58,329 bases of DNA from Thraustochytrium aureum (lineage: Eukaryota). This document shows positions 36,501-48,044 of the stretch, one piece after another (positions within the stretch are counted from its first letter, which is position 1; each line of letters opens with the position of its first letter). The notes beneath the pieces were generated by a model, which was not told where the DNA came from, searched no databases, and saw only the letters and a list, made by a program, of their open reading frames with translations. The translations under genes were made by a program, and so were the position numbers. Where the stretch lies: contig BLSG01000241.1 of the NCBI GenBank assembly GCA_012862495.1, forward strand, positions 2,252 to 60,580. The letters are read 5' to 3'.

Positions 36501-39500
36501 CGGTTCCTGCCGAGGCCTTGGAGACTTGCAACCCGCCGGCCGCAAAGGCGGCAAACAACAAATTAGGGTTGACTTGCGAGACCGATGTCGGACCGGGGCG
36601 GCCGGCCCCTGCTTCGCCGCTCTTGCGACGCAAGCGATCCGACGTCCAGGTGCAGACCTCTGTGAGCGGATCGGACGAGACTTCGCATCACAGCTTTGCG
36701 CTGTCCTCGGAACTCATCATGCTTGTCCGCCTGTTGGCCGAGAGCGCGCGCTGGTCCACTGTACTAAGCGCACGAATGACGGAGGCCATGAGCGACATCT
36801 CTGAGCATCTCTTCAGCCCCAAAGCGTCCAAGCCACGCCGGGACCTCACCGGCGGCACCAGCAACGAAGACATGCACGCACTTCGCAGCGTGGGCACGCT
36901 GGCCGTTCTCGGCGGACACACGGAGAGCCTGCGCGTGGGGGGGCGAGTTGCAATGACGCATGCAGATATCACGGCAACCGTGGTAGCTTTTGATCCCAAG
37001 CAAGTCGCGAGCTCTGGCGGCGGGAGCAGCGCGCTTGTTGTGATGACGCCAACCGCAGCGGCAAAGCCCGAGCCCGACGAGGCTGATGGGGACGACGACA
37101 CGGACGGGCAGGGCGAGGCGGCAAAAGAGACGGCGCCAACTGAGCAACAAGCAGACGCAAGCAAGCGCACGATGCGGGCTGTGCGCATGAGCACGGATGA
37201 GCTTGTCCCCATCCCAGAGTTCCGGTCGCCTTTCGCAAGCTTGTCGCCCAAGAAGCGTCGCAAGCCGCTCGCGGTCGGCGGAACAGCGGCGGCGAGCGAC
37301 GAGGCGCAAGAGAGCAAGAGCGCGCTGGGCGACACGAGCTCTTCTCCCAGCGCGGCAGCGCCTAGATCGCCAACTCTGACGAGCCCCGGGACGCTGGAAG
37401 ACTCGTTTTACAGGCTCCTTCGGCACCTTTTCGTGGGCCAGCTCGAGCCATTTCCTCGGGGAAACGCGAAGAAGGTGCTGCTCGCGCAGTGCCGGGCTCG
37501 CACGCTCAAAGTGTTGCACGAAATGCTGCAAACGCAAGACTGCAACTTTTTGGAGTTGTTTGCGCGGCCGAAGAGCAGCGCGAGCAGAGCCGGCGCTGCC
37601 GATGAGGAAAAGGGTGGGGAGGAGCGCAGCAGCATCGCCACTGCGCTTCTCGACCTGGCAACGCAGCTCGTCAAACGCGAAAAGTTTAGCACCTTGGACG
37701 GAACAGAGGTACGCGCCATGGAGCTCCGCAAGCGGCTCCACCAAGTCGGACTCGAAAACACAAACCCCTACAAGGCGTCCTCTGAGGCGACACGCGCGAC
37801 AGGCGCCTCGGGCGCGCTCAAAAATCTGCGCGGGTTCGGACAAGACGTCAGCGTGCTCGTATATAGTGACGACGAGGACGACGAGGACGAGGGCTTGCAA
37901 GAGCGCGCCCAGAGAGGAGCTGAAGACGACGACGACGAGGAAGGCGACGACGAGGAAGGCGACGACGACGATGACGAAGGCGAAGACCTCTACAGCGACT
38001 CTGACGATGACAACGCCGGACGACAAGGCGTGCGCGGCCCTTACTCGCAGCGCCTGGCTGGAGCCCATGGGAGTGAGGAGCACGGCGCGTACGACGACGA
38101 CGAGGACGACGACGCTGACGACGGCCACGGCGTCGGTGGCGGTGAAGATGACGATGACGGCGAAGGCAAAAATGACGCCCACCTCAGCGGCGTCCTGTAC
38201 ACTTCGAGCATGTCGGACAACGAGGACGCTGGCGGCACTGAGGCGGGCGGTGACCATGACTATGGCACGACGGTGAATGGCGACGGCACTGTGCATGGCG
38301 CAGGCGACCACGAGATGGGCGACGGGTTTTACGTCTCGAGCATGTCCGGTGACGAAGACGGCCAATTCGGCGCGGATGCAGACATAGACGGCGCTATGCA
38401 CGGCCGCCGTGTCGGATCGTACGGCGTTGGCGACCACGGAGACGGTGATGCAGAGGAAGCCGATGACGACGATGACGACGACGAGGAAGAAGAGATGAAA
38501 CTCGACTTTGGCGAGAGCATCGAAATGGATGGGGACGCCGGGCAGAGTCAGGACGGCACCGCTATGGGAGTCCTTGATGCCGCCTTTAGCGCGGCGGGTA
38601 GAGGCACCGGGCATGGCAGCCAAGGGGGACACCATCGTTCTTCCTCTTCAGCAGGGAACGCCGGTGGCGACGGCGAGGCCGGCACACGAAGGCAAACGCG
38701 GGGGGCAGCACCACCGCCAAGCTTGGTGACCGAGCTTGTCTCGATGGGATTTCCGGAGGAGTGGTGTGTGATTGCGCTGCGTATCCAGGGCTTTGACCTC
38801 GTTGGGGCCTCGACATGGATCGTCGACAACCTGGACATGCTGAGCTCCACGCCTTTGGCAGATCTAATGGCTGCCACGTCGACAATGTACCAGGAAGGCG
38901 AGGCGAGCAGCGCAGTTCTGTCGGAGCCAAAGTCTCCGGACGTGGACGAAATGCGTCGAAAGGATGTCGAGGGCCGCCGCAAGCGCATGGCCGCGAAGAA
39001 GAAGAAGCGCAAGCGCCTCGCGCGCGCCAAGGCCAGCATTCGCAACATGAGCGAGCCGTTTACGCAACTTGAAGAGGAGCTTGGCCGCAACGTCTTTTCG
39101 GACAACATGTTCAGAACCGACTCGACGCCAAGCTACGGGTACGGATACGTTTGTGGAGCCCTGGGCCTGTACAATGGGCTGCATGCCGAAGGGACGCAAA
39201 ACGAGGGCGCGCGCGAGGCGTTTCGCGCAGAGATCGCAGAGCTTAGCTTTGCAGAACTCGAGGGCCTCTGTGCCGAGATGGAGGACGAGCTTTCGGTGCT
39301 CTACGCGCGTAGCTGTCTTCTTGTTCTCATGCAGCGCTGGCGGGAGTGGCCAGTCCCGCCTCAGTTTTCGCGCGTGTTCGGCGCGAAGCACGAAGCCTTT
39401 GAGCACCTCTTGCGGCTCTCGCTCTTCCGCGGGCCGCAAATCATGCCTTCCTACGAAGTAAGCATGCTCGCCAGCGGTCGGCCGGTGCTCGGGTGCTCGC

Positions 39501-42500
39501 TCCCGGGGTTGCAGGACGTCTGCGGGCCTGCCCCGGGCTCTCTTGCTGAACTAGTCGACCGCCACCCAAGTATTGGCGACGGCACGAGCGACGTCTTGCC
39601 CGCACCGGCAGGAGCGAGTACTGGCAAAGGCCCGAGCAAAGCAGGCGAGAAGGGCCCCGGGAGCAACGCTGCAGCGTCTGGTGCCGCGGGTAGCGTCATG
39701 GGCCTCCTCATCCAGGCCTTGCAACCCGCGTTTGTGCAGATGCTCCGCAGCGGCGCAGACGGGGAGGCGCTTGGCGCTGCATTGCTCGAAGGCGTGCTTG
39801 CAGACTTGGAGCGCGCCCTACCAGCGAAAGGCACGTCGACAAGGAGTGGGGCTCCGCGACCTCTTCATGAGCGACGCGGCCTNNNNNNNNNNNNNNNNNN
39901 NNNNNNNNNNNNNNNNNNNNNNNNNNNNNNNNNNNNNNNNNNNNNNNNNNNNNNNNNNNNNNNNNNNNNNNNNTTTCGTCGAATTGCAGCTCTTTTGGGA
40001 TCGCCCAACATGCCGCTCAAGGGCGTTGCTTTCCAACTCTTGGTTGGCATCATCCGCAACTGGGTCGCATCGGGGCGCGTTTCGGGGGGGGAGGAGCAAC
40101 GTGCGTTGCGCCGGCTCCCGCTGGAGCGGCTCAGGTCCGTGTGCGAGAGACGCGTAGCCTATGAGGCTCGATGCGGGCGCGTCTTTTACTCCAAGTATGT
40201 CGCGACCTGCACAGAGCTCGTGTGGCTTCTCGGCCGCTTCTGCGTCCCTGCGGCCCCCGAGGCATCGGACGGCGCAGAGACAGAGCAGGTTGCAGGCGAG
40301 CTAGGGATGCTCTTGGTAGACGCACGGGACGGCAAGGCGTGTGGGCCGAATTGCTCTGCTCGCGAGAGCCTGCCTGTGGCGATGTGTGCCGGGTGCGGGG
40401 TGGACGACGAGCTCGTGTACAGATGCGCAGAATGCCATGGCGAGTTTGGTCTTTGCGGCTCTTGCGCAACAAAGTTCTCGCGCGGCGAGCTCGACGTCCA
40501 AGCGGGCTTGGTCCGCAAGCACGACGCGCGGCATGCCCTTGTTGCGAGCGTATGCTGGTGCGATCCTGGATCGCTTGCCGGAATTGCTGCCGCGCGCGAG
40601 CGAGGGTTTGCTCTTCAGGCCAGTGGCGTGGATGTTGAGAGCCTCGTGGTTTCGAAAGTTGGCAAGACGAGCATGCGCGTGGCCTGGCAGGTCGCGGAAG
40701 AAAACGAGGCGACTTGCTGTGGATTTTACCTGCAAGCTTGGTTCGGCGAGGTGATCGCCGAGTCGATGTGGGTTGCCGGAGGCACGAGTAGATCGGCCGA
40801 GCTCTCCGGACTCGGGACGGGGGCAATGCACACGGTCTGGGTTTACGCTGCCTCGGGCTGCGGGGAGCGGCCTCTGCTGCTGGGCAAAGGAGCCAGCGCG
40901 CGAGCCAAGACGCTGGAGGATGTGGCCTTTTCGTTTGACAGCTGCAACTGCGGCCCAAGCATCACTCTGTCAGAGCGGGGTATGTGCGCCTCGTTCTCGG
41001 CGCTGGAAAGCTGGAGCACAGTTCTGGGAACAGAAGGGTTTGTAAGTGGGGTCAACTCGTGGTCGATTAAGATCGAGGAGTCGGACTCGTGCTACATGTT
41101 TATCGGCGTGGCCTCGCGCAGGGCTTGCTTGACCACCTTCCTCGGCGGGGACGAACATGGCTGGGGGTTTATCGGCGATCGCGCCTTGTACCACAAGCGC
41201 AACCGGGTTAACGTGTACGGGGAGCGGTTCGGGCAGGGCGACGTGGTCGGCGTGACCCTGGACATGGAGGCGGGCACTTTGTCGTTTGCGAAGAATGGCA
41301 GGATCTGGGCGTTGCTTTCGAGGGGCTCTCCGGGCGCCTTTACCCGGCGTTCGCCTTTTACAGCGGGTCGCAGCGCGTGTGCATCGAGCGCGACGCGGGC
41401 GTCGTGATTGACCCGCAGGCTAGCACGGAAGCCGACTTGCTCTTGTCTCGGGCTTGTGAGGGAGCGGACGCGCTGGAGGGCTTTGCGCTCGGCAAGGTCC
41501 CCGACTCGGTGGCGCGTGATGCCTTTGCCGCTTACCGCGCCTGGTCCCTCGCGACCAGCCTGCGCGGAACGCGGCGGCTGCGCACGCGGCTTGGCGTCGA
41601 GGTGGACGTCGAGCTGTCCGAAAGGAGTGGTAGCAAAGTGCGGACCGCTTTCGGGGTGGGCACCGTGGCGGGTCGGGAAGCGAGCACGGGCCGCATCTGG
41701 ATCAACTACGAGGGCCAAGACGGCTCGTGGTTTATCGAGAGCTGGGACAAGGTGAAAGAGGTCTTGCGCGAGGCCATCCATCCTGAGCAAGCGGCCCCTG
41801 CGCAGGAGGGGCCAACAACGCTGGACGAATTCCGCCTCCTGGCATGCGGAGTCGAGTGGGCGAACGGCGGGGCCATCCTCGACGAAGCAATCGTTTCCGA
41901 GGTGAGCGTTCTGTGCGAGCGGCGCGGCTTGCAGCCGTTCAATGTCGACAAAGTCGTCTTTGAGAGCGAGGTGGTTCCCAGCGTGGCGAGGCGCGCCCGC
42001 AACATCGCCTTGAAGCGGAAAGGCGCACCCCCCCAGATCCTGGACGCCGTCGCGGCGGGGACGCGGTTTGCGGTACTCAAGGTGCTGAACGACCACTTGG
42101 CGCGGCTGTTGCCGTTTGTTGGCGTTGGGTTTGGGTTTGCGCCGCGGCAGTTCTCTGGGGAAACAGTGCTCGTGCAGCGCCCCGGGACCGAAGATGCCGC
42201 CAATGGAGCCATACTTGGCGGGGCGGGAATGTGCCAGGTTGCCAGCCTTGCGCAAAAGACGCGGGCGCTGCGAGGCCTCATCCTGACACACACCAAAAAG
42301 CAGCTCCTTCGCGGCCTCCTAGACGCTTCCGCAACGGTGCCCAAGCGCGCGGAGGATGACTACGACTACCCCGAGGACCTTGCACAGCTTATGCTGAACC
42401 GGCCCAAGGCAGCCTTCTCGCGTGGGCTTGCCGACGCCGAGTCGCGCCTGAGCTACTCGTTGGTGGGGCAAGCATTCGATGCGCTCCATTTCCTGAGTCC

Positions 42501-44056
42501 GCAAGTTCTTCGCATCGTGTACAGCCACCCCATGGACGAGGGCCAGTCGCGCAGCTTTCGCGTGCGTTTCGAGGGCGAAGGTGTGGAGGACTATGGCGGG
42601 CCTTACCGCGAGGTGTTTACGCAGTGGTCCGCGGAGTTGACCTCGACGACGCTGTCGGCAGACGGCGCCGCGGAGGACATAGCAACAGCCGACTTTGACA
42701 GCGGATCGACTGCGGCAGGGGCCGAGGCTTCCGCGAGCGGCGCGGCCAACGGCCAGGACGAGGAGGAGCAGGCAGGCGACGCGAGCCAGCTCCAGTGCGT
42801 CCTCCCTCTCCTGCACCCGTGCCCGAATCGGCTGCATGGGGTGGGGACGAACCGGGAAAAGTTTGTCCTTCGCCCCGGTTCCTCTTCGTCTGGGGGCAGT
42901 GGCGCGCACTTGCTGCTCGAGATGTACAGCTTCTTGGGCCAGCTCGCTGGTATGGCCATGCGGACGAAGGTCAACCTGAACGTCGACCTCGCAGGGGCGA
43001 TCTGGAAGGTGCTCGTGGGCGAGGCTGTGGGGCTCGAAGACCTTCGAGATATCGACCACTCTACTGTGGCTTTGGCTGAGACGTTTCTGAGTGGCGGGGG
43101 CACCAAGGATGATCTTGAGGCGATGTGCGAGGAGCTGCGCTGGACCGCCTCGCTCAGCGATGGTAGCAAGGTGGAGCTCTTTCCGGGCGGGGCCAAAGAG
43201 CGCGTCAGCGTAGACAGCTGCCAGCAATACGCCAAGGTCCTCGTCGAGGCCCGCCTGCGCGAGTCCGAAAACGCGGTGGCTGCCGTTCGCGATGGCCTCG
43301 CTTCGGTTGTGCCAGCCCCGCTGCTCTCTCTCCTCACTGCCGAGGAGCTGGAGAGGTGCATCTGTGGGTCGCCTTTCATCGACATCGATCTTTTGCGCTC
43401 TTGCACCGAGTACGACGAGGACCTGAAAGAGTCGGACCCGCACGTCGAGGCGTTCTGGCGCGTGCTGCACGGCTTATCGCAGGACCAGCGCCAGCGCTTT
43501 CTACGATTTGTTTGGGCGCGGTCGCGTCTTCCGCCGACCAAAGAAGAGTTTCCGCAAAAGTTCAAGCTGCAGGCTCCTGTGGGCGAGGCAGCGCGCGAGA
43601 ACCCCGATTCTTNNNNNNNNNNNNNNNNNNNNNNNNNNNNNNNNNNNNNNNNNNNNNNNNNNNNNNNNNNNNNNNNNNNNNNNNNNNNNNNNNNNNNNNN
43701 NNNNNNNNNNNNNNNNNNNNNNNNNNNNNNNNNNNNNNNNNNNNNNNNNNNNNNNNNNNNNNNNNNNNNNNNNNNNNNNNNNNNNNNNNNNNNNNNNNNN
43801 NNNNNNNNNNNNNNNNNNNNNNNNNNNNNNNNNNNNNNNNNNNNNNNNNNNNNNNNNNNATTGCTTGGAGATGGACGCTGATTTTCGTCTGACCGAGGCG
43901 GAGCAGACTGGGTGGGACCATCTGCCAACGGGTCAGTCGCACCACGGCCCTGGTTCGTCGAATGGTGCTGGTGGCGCGGCACCAGCTGGCGGCTCGGGTC
44001 CGACGACTCAGGCGGCTCCCCAGCCGCGACTATCAATCAACACCAGCTTGACGTGA
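27546..44056 (+). CDS. Giant HERC-like HECT E3 ubiquitin ligase (~5,400 aa), split by several gaps and frameshifts
   Basis: RCC1 repeats (WSFGQNSYGELAHG, YTFGRNDFGQLGHG; ~29760-30895); LamG/concanavalin-like (DFSITLWV..EWTHIGV..LRLFVQG; ~35370-36100); acidic tract; UBA (LVSMGFPEEWCVIAL; ~38720-38840); Cys-rich ZZ-like region (CAGC..YRCAEC..LCGSC..H..H); FN3-like; SPRY (YGERFGQGDVVGVTLDMEAGTLSFAKNG); HECT (FRVRFEGEGVEDYGGPYREVF..RQRFLRFVWARSRLP..CLEMDADF). The catalytic Cys falls in the gap 43613-43859. Confidence 0.9.
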
Positions 44057-44674
44057 CCGTGAGAGCCGTGCACGGCCACGCACAACAACAAAACAAAACG
44101 AAACAAAGCAAACATTTATTTGTGATTCAGAAGCTCTGGGCTGGCCAGCTGTGGTTGGAGATGTGGTTGTGGTTGCTCCTTGATGCTCGACGCCGCTCCG
44201 AGACGCCCGTCGAGGTCAACTACCGTGATCAGCTGTTCAAGCCAATGGTGGCTGGGGCTCGCTCGCCAGTGGCTCTTGCGGTCACATGCTTCGCAAGGAG
44301 GTTGCTTGGGCCAAGTGCGTTGCTCTGCAGGTGATCATCAGCAAGTTTGTCACGGGCGTCTCGTGTCAACACCGCCAGGCTCTAGAGGCTGTCTGTCAAC
44401 TGGGTAGAAGAGACTTTTTAACCGCGCCACAGGCTGCGCCAGGAGCTCACTCCGTCGTTTTGAAATGAAACCCAGCTACACCAAACGTCGAGCATGCAGT
44501 GCAGTAGGCTTACTCGAGTAGCTCAAGCTCAAGAGAGACCAACATGCGGCACTCCACGTCGGATGCAAGTTGCTCAACCGTCGCGTCCACGTCCAGTTTG
44601 GTAGAGCAAGAGGTGCCGTTGAACCAGGTGCTTTATAACAGATTGGTCAGCTCGCCCTTGTGGTCCAAATGTGA

Positions 44675-44774
44675 GGGGCCGTGGTGTAGTGGTAGCATAT
44701 TTCCTTTGGGACGCCCTTCTCTCGAAGTCGCGGAAGAATGGAAATGGTCGCGGGCTCGACCCCCGCCGGCCCCT
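44675..44774 (+). tRNA. tRNA-Pro(TGG) with a 28-nt intron (44711-44738)
   Basis: Acceptor stem GGGGCCG/CGGCCCC; D arm GTGT-AGTGGTA-GCAT; anticodon stem TTTCC/GGAAA with loop TT-TGG-G|intron|T; variable loop TGGTC; T arm GCGGG-CTCGACC-CCCGC. Confidence 0.92.
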
Positions 44775-44782
44775 CAAATCGC

Positions 44783-44790
44783 TTTTTTTT
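44783..44790 (+). terminator. RNA polymerase III poly-T terminator of the tRNA
   Basis: T8 run beginning 9 nt after the tRNA 3' end. Confidence 0.8.
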
Positions 44791-45466
44791 CCATCTCGCA
44801 TACGAAACCCGCTATTTAATCCGCTATTTTATAGATCAAAATCAACAACTCACTGAGCACCAGGCGAGACAAGTCGACAACAGCTCGATCGTTCGGCTCG
44901 CGCCTCGAGCACGCGGGGGCAACTCGGAGCCTCCTGGAGGTCCATCATGCTGCACGCACGCATGCCACAGCATGACACAAGCAAGTACAGTACTTGGCTC
45001 TACCGCCAAAGGCTCGGTCGGGTCCATTGTGTCTCTGTCCCACCGAAAAGATCCCTTCTTGCTGCGGCAAGCAGAAGTGGTGCGGAAGCGCAGAGTTCAC
45101 GACAGTAAGGCAACGCGACCGCACGACGGTCAGGCAGAACGGCTCCCGAGCACCGCAACGAGCCCGGCCTGCCCTGCCGTGCACTAAGAGGAGGTACTTT
45201 CGGCCAAGGGTCGTGCCGCCCTCTCAAACACACATCCGACTTTTCAATAGGGCCAAGGCCAGCGCCTCCCATCGCAATGTATCGCGGATTTTGAGCATTT
45301 CCCAGAGTATCTCTCTCTCGCATGCACACTTTTGTGAGGCCTTTTGCGGAACGATTTCTTTCGGTATTACTTTTTATTAAATAACGCCGTGGGGAAACGG
45401 GGTGTTTGTTAAATAAGCCCGTGTCTGATGGAATTTGCCCGAGTTAAGCCCGAGGTTCCAGTTGGG

Positions 45467-46075
45467 AGATTTTCAAGACGCTGCAATCAATAGTCGGTTG
45501 CTTGCCTGACACCAAACAGTACGCACGCACGTCAATCGCATTGCTGCCCGCNNNNNNNNNNNNNNNNNNNNNNNNNNNNNNNNNNNNNNNNNNNNNNNNN
45601 NNNNNNNNNNNNNNNNNNNNNNNNNNNNNNNNNNNNNNNNNNNNNNNNNNNNNNNNNNNNNNNNNNNNNNNNNNNNNNNNNNNNNNNNNNNNNNNNNNGC
45701 CAGCCCAGACGCCAAACAGTTCGCACGAAGGCACGGAATCGGATTGCCTGCCCGCGAGACGCCGATTTGCAGCTGCAACAGCCTGTCAGTGCTGCCAGCC
45801 CAGACTCCAAACAGTTCGCACGAAGGCACGGGAATCGGATTGCCTGCCCGCGCGACGCCGATTTGCAGCTGCTAGAGTTCGCACGCACGTCGGTCGGATC
45901 GCCAGCCCGGCGAGACTCCATTTGCAGCTGCACGCACGCTGATCGGACCGCCTGCCCGCGAGACGCCGATTTGCAGCTTGAACAGTCAGGCTGTGCTGCC
46001 AGCCTAGACGCTAAACAGCTCGCAAGCACGTCATCGGATTGCCTTCCGGCGAGACTCCGATTTGCAGTTGAACAA
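45467..46075. repeat. Degenerate repeat array with a ~38-nt palindromic core and variable-length linkers
   Basis: Core aatcggattgcctgcccgcgagacgccgatttgcagct at ~45737, 45833, 45892, 45941 and 46032, with a gap-truncated copy at ~45534. Confidence 0.85.
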
Positions 46076-46148
46076 GTGCATCGTGGCCGGGTTGCACGCC
46101 ATCGTCGGAATCGCGCGTCGCGGAGAGCTGCAGCGGGCGCGCGCGTTG

Positions 46149-47611
46149 ATGGGGCTCCTGGCGCGAGCGAGAGATGACGCGGGCCTCGCGGCTTCCGGGG
46201 CTCGACGGCGGCAGTCTTGCTCTGGAGCGAACGGCAGGCGCACTGGGACGAGCGGCGCTGTAGTCGCCAAACCAAATGCAGCGACATGGGGCGGATTCAC
46301 GACGCGAACTGCGGCGGCGGTCGCCGCCTTCGTCCTGGCCGCAAGCGCGCTTCTGATGGTTGCTTTGACAGGGCTCCAAGAGGGCCAGGCGGCCTCGCAG
46401 AGGCGCGAGGGCGGAATGCGAGCTCTCACTGCGTGGCTGCGAGACGAGTGCGGGGCCACCTTTGACGAGCATCTCGTCCTGCGGCGCGCCTCGCATGACT
46501 CGGACGAGTGGGGACTTTTCGCCATCAAACAAGTCGAGCCAGGGGCCGTCGCAATCCGCCTCCCACTCAAATGCGTGCTGCGCGACTCTGTCGCATACGA
46601 GGCAACCCCTATGGCGCGCGAGGTTTTCGCAGGGCTCAGATCGAATGGCGTCACCCTCAGCACGCCAGGTGTTACTGCCCTTGCAATCCACCTGGCGGCG
46701 ACGCGACAGATCGGCGGCGAAGGAGACTTTTTCTGGCCTTACGTGGCAACGCTGCCCGAGAACTTTTCTCGCGTGCCGCTGACCTGGGACGACGAGGACC
46801 TGGGCCTGCTCACGGGCAGCGGGATTCATTCTTATGTTGGGCGGATGCGACGCGACCTGAACGCAACCTACCAGGCGCTGCGCAACGCCAGCGCCCTCTT
46901 CCGCGAGCGCGTGTCGTGGGAGGAGTTTTGCTACTGCCACCTTGCGGTCGTCTCTCGGAACGCCTTGCTTCCAATCGAGGGCCGGGTCCAAAACGTCCTA
47001 TTGCCCCTGTGGGACATGCTCAACCACGACCCCAACCCACATTTGGCGACGAGCGTCGAGGCAGACCCGTCCGAAGTGGTCGTGCGCGCCATCAGAGGTG
47101 TTCACGGCGGTCTCGAGGTTACGACCTCGTATGGCAACAAGGACGACGGCCAGTTCCTTGTCAACTATGGCTTTGTTCTTGGCGTCGACGCAGCAAGTGG
47201 CAAGGTCAACCCTGCAACGCAGGTCTTCGTGCCGGTCGTCCACGAGCGGAAGGACGACGTCGCCCTCGACCAGGCCCGCCGCGCGCATCTGGGCGACACG
47301 GGCGCGCCTTCGTCCTCACAACGCAAGAGCAAGACGCCCCCACGGCGACATCACTTCACGCTGCCCGTATTCTCGCCGCGCGCAGCTTGGACGAGCTGGA
47401 CGCTCTCGCGCGGGGCCGCATGCCGAGCCCGGAGCTCGAACAGGCAGCCCGCGAAATCATCGCGCATTCTTGCTTTGCGAAGCGGAAATCCTACACAAGA
47501 TTGGACGATGCCATCAATCGCGCGGAGCGGGGGAATAAAAATGCTGCTCTTGCTGCAAGCCTGGTGCAAGCCGAGCTTGCCGTCTGTGCGGCCTGGTCCA
47601 ACAACAGCTAG
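46149..47611 (+). CDS. SET-domain lysine methyltransferase (Rubisco-LSMT/SETD3-like) with an N-terminal hydrophobic anchor; frameshift near 47300; start uncertain
   Basis: EWGLFAIKQV, FFWPYVATLP, LLPLWDMLNHD and VTTSYGNKDDGQFLVNYGFV. A helical C-terminal substrate-binding-like segment lies in the +1 frame (ARILAARSLDEL..SPELEQAAREII..LVQAELAV). Confidence 0.85.
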
Positions 47612-47703
47612 CATGTAGAACGGCGACGGCTCGTGTCACAAAACTATCCGTTGATGTGCACACCGTTGCCGTGGAGGTCGAGATTGTTGTGAAAATAAAT
47701 GCA

Positions 47704-48044
47704 CAAGGCCTGGACGCGGAGCTGCCGACGCCCGGTGGCGTGGCGAGTGGGTAGACCGATATGGATTCGAGACCTGCGCCGATTGGGTTTTCAGTAGCCG
47801 TAGTCCGGGCCGGTCGACTCTCCGCGTGCAGAGGCCAAACCTGACCAATGAGAGCTTCGCTTCACCGTGGCCACCGGCGACGATTGGTTTTGTATTCTCG
47901 AATGAGATGGCTTCGCCACCAGTGAGCCGAGAATTGGGCGTTGGTTACTATCTCGCCGCTACGTTTCGTGGAATTGCTTGCCATGGTTGCAACATTTCCT
48001 GCCAGAACTAGAAACGGAACAATTTTTTCAGCCATTAGGCCTTG
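47704..48044 (+). ncRNA. Candidate structured non-coding RNA of unknown class; strand uncertain
   Basis: Nested complementary segments ggcct/aggcc, acgcggag/ctccgcgt, gcccgg/ccgggc, accaat/attggt, attctcg/cgagaat and cgtttc/gaaacg; A-box-like TGGCGAGTGG and B-box-like GGATTCGAGACC; ACA then T6 at 48023-48028; no convincing ORF. Confidence 0.4.

Noticed and set aside
36764..44036. Long antisense ORFs (for example 36764..38635, 41092..42291, 42603..44036)
   Set aside because: These are shadow ORFs expected opposite GC-rich coding sequence and have no domain-like content.
45373..45416. AT-rich imperfect inverted repeat (transposon end or Helitron hairpin)
   Set aside because: Weak pairing, and no partner end, target-site duplication or transposase nearby.
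45467..46075. CRISPR array
   Set aside because: The linkers are homologous to each other and very unequal in length, the repeats are degenerate, no cas genes are present, and the context is eukaryotic.
47730..47810. tRNA-Sec or another tRNA bounded by GCCCGG/CCGGGC
   Set aside because: No cloverleaf or anticodon arm could be built on either strand.
47995..48030. SRP RNA helix 8 (GCCAG..GAAACGGAACA)
   Set aside because: The bases flanking GAAA do not pair, and a T6 run follows immediately, leaving no helix-5 3' strand.
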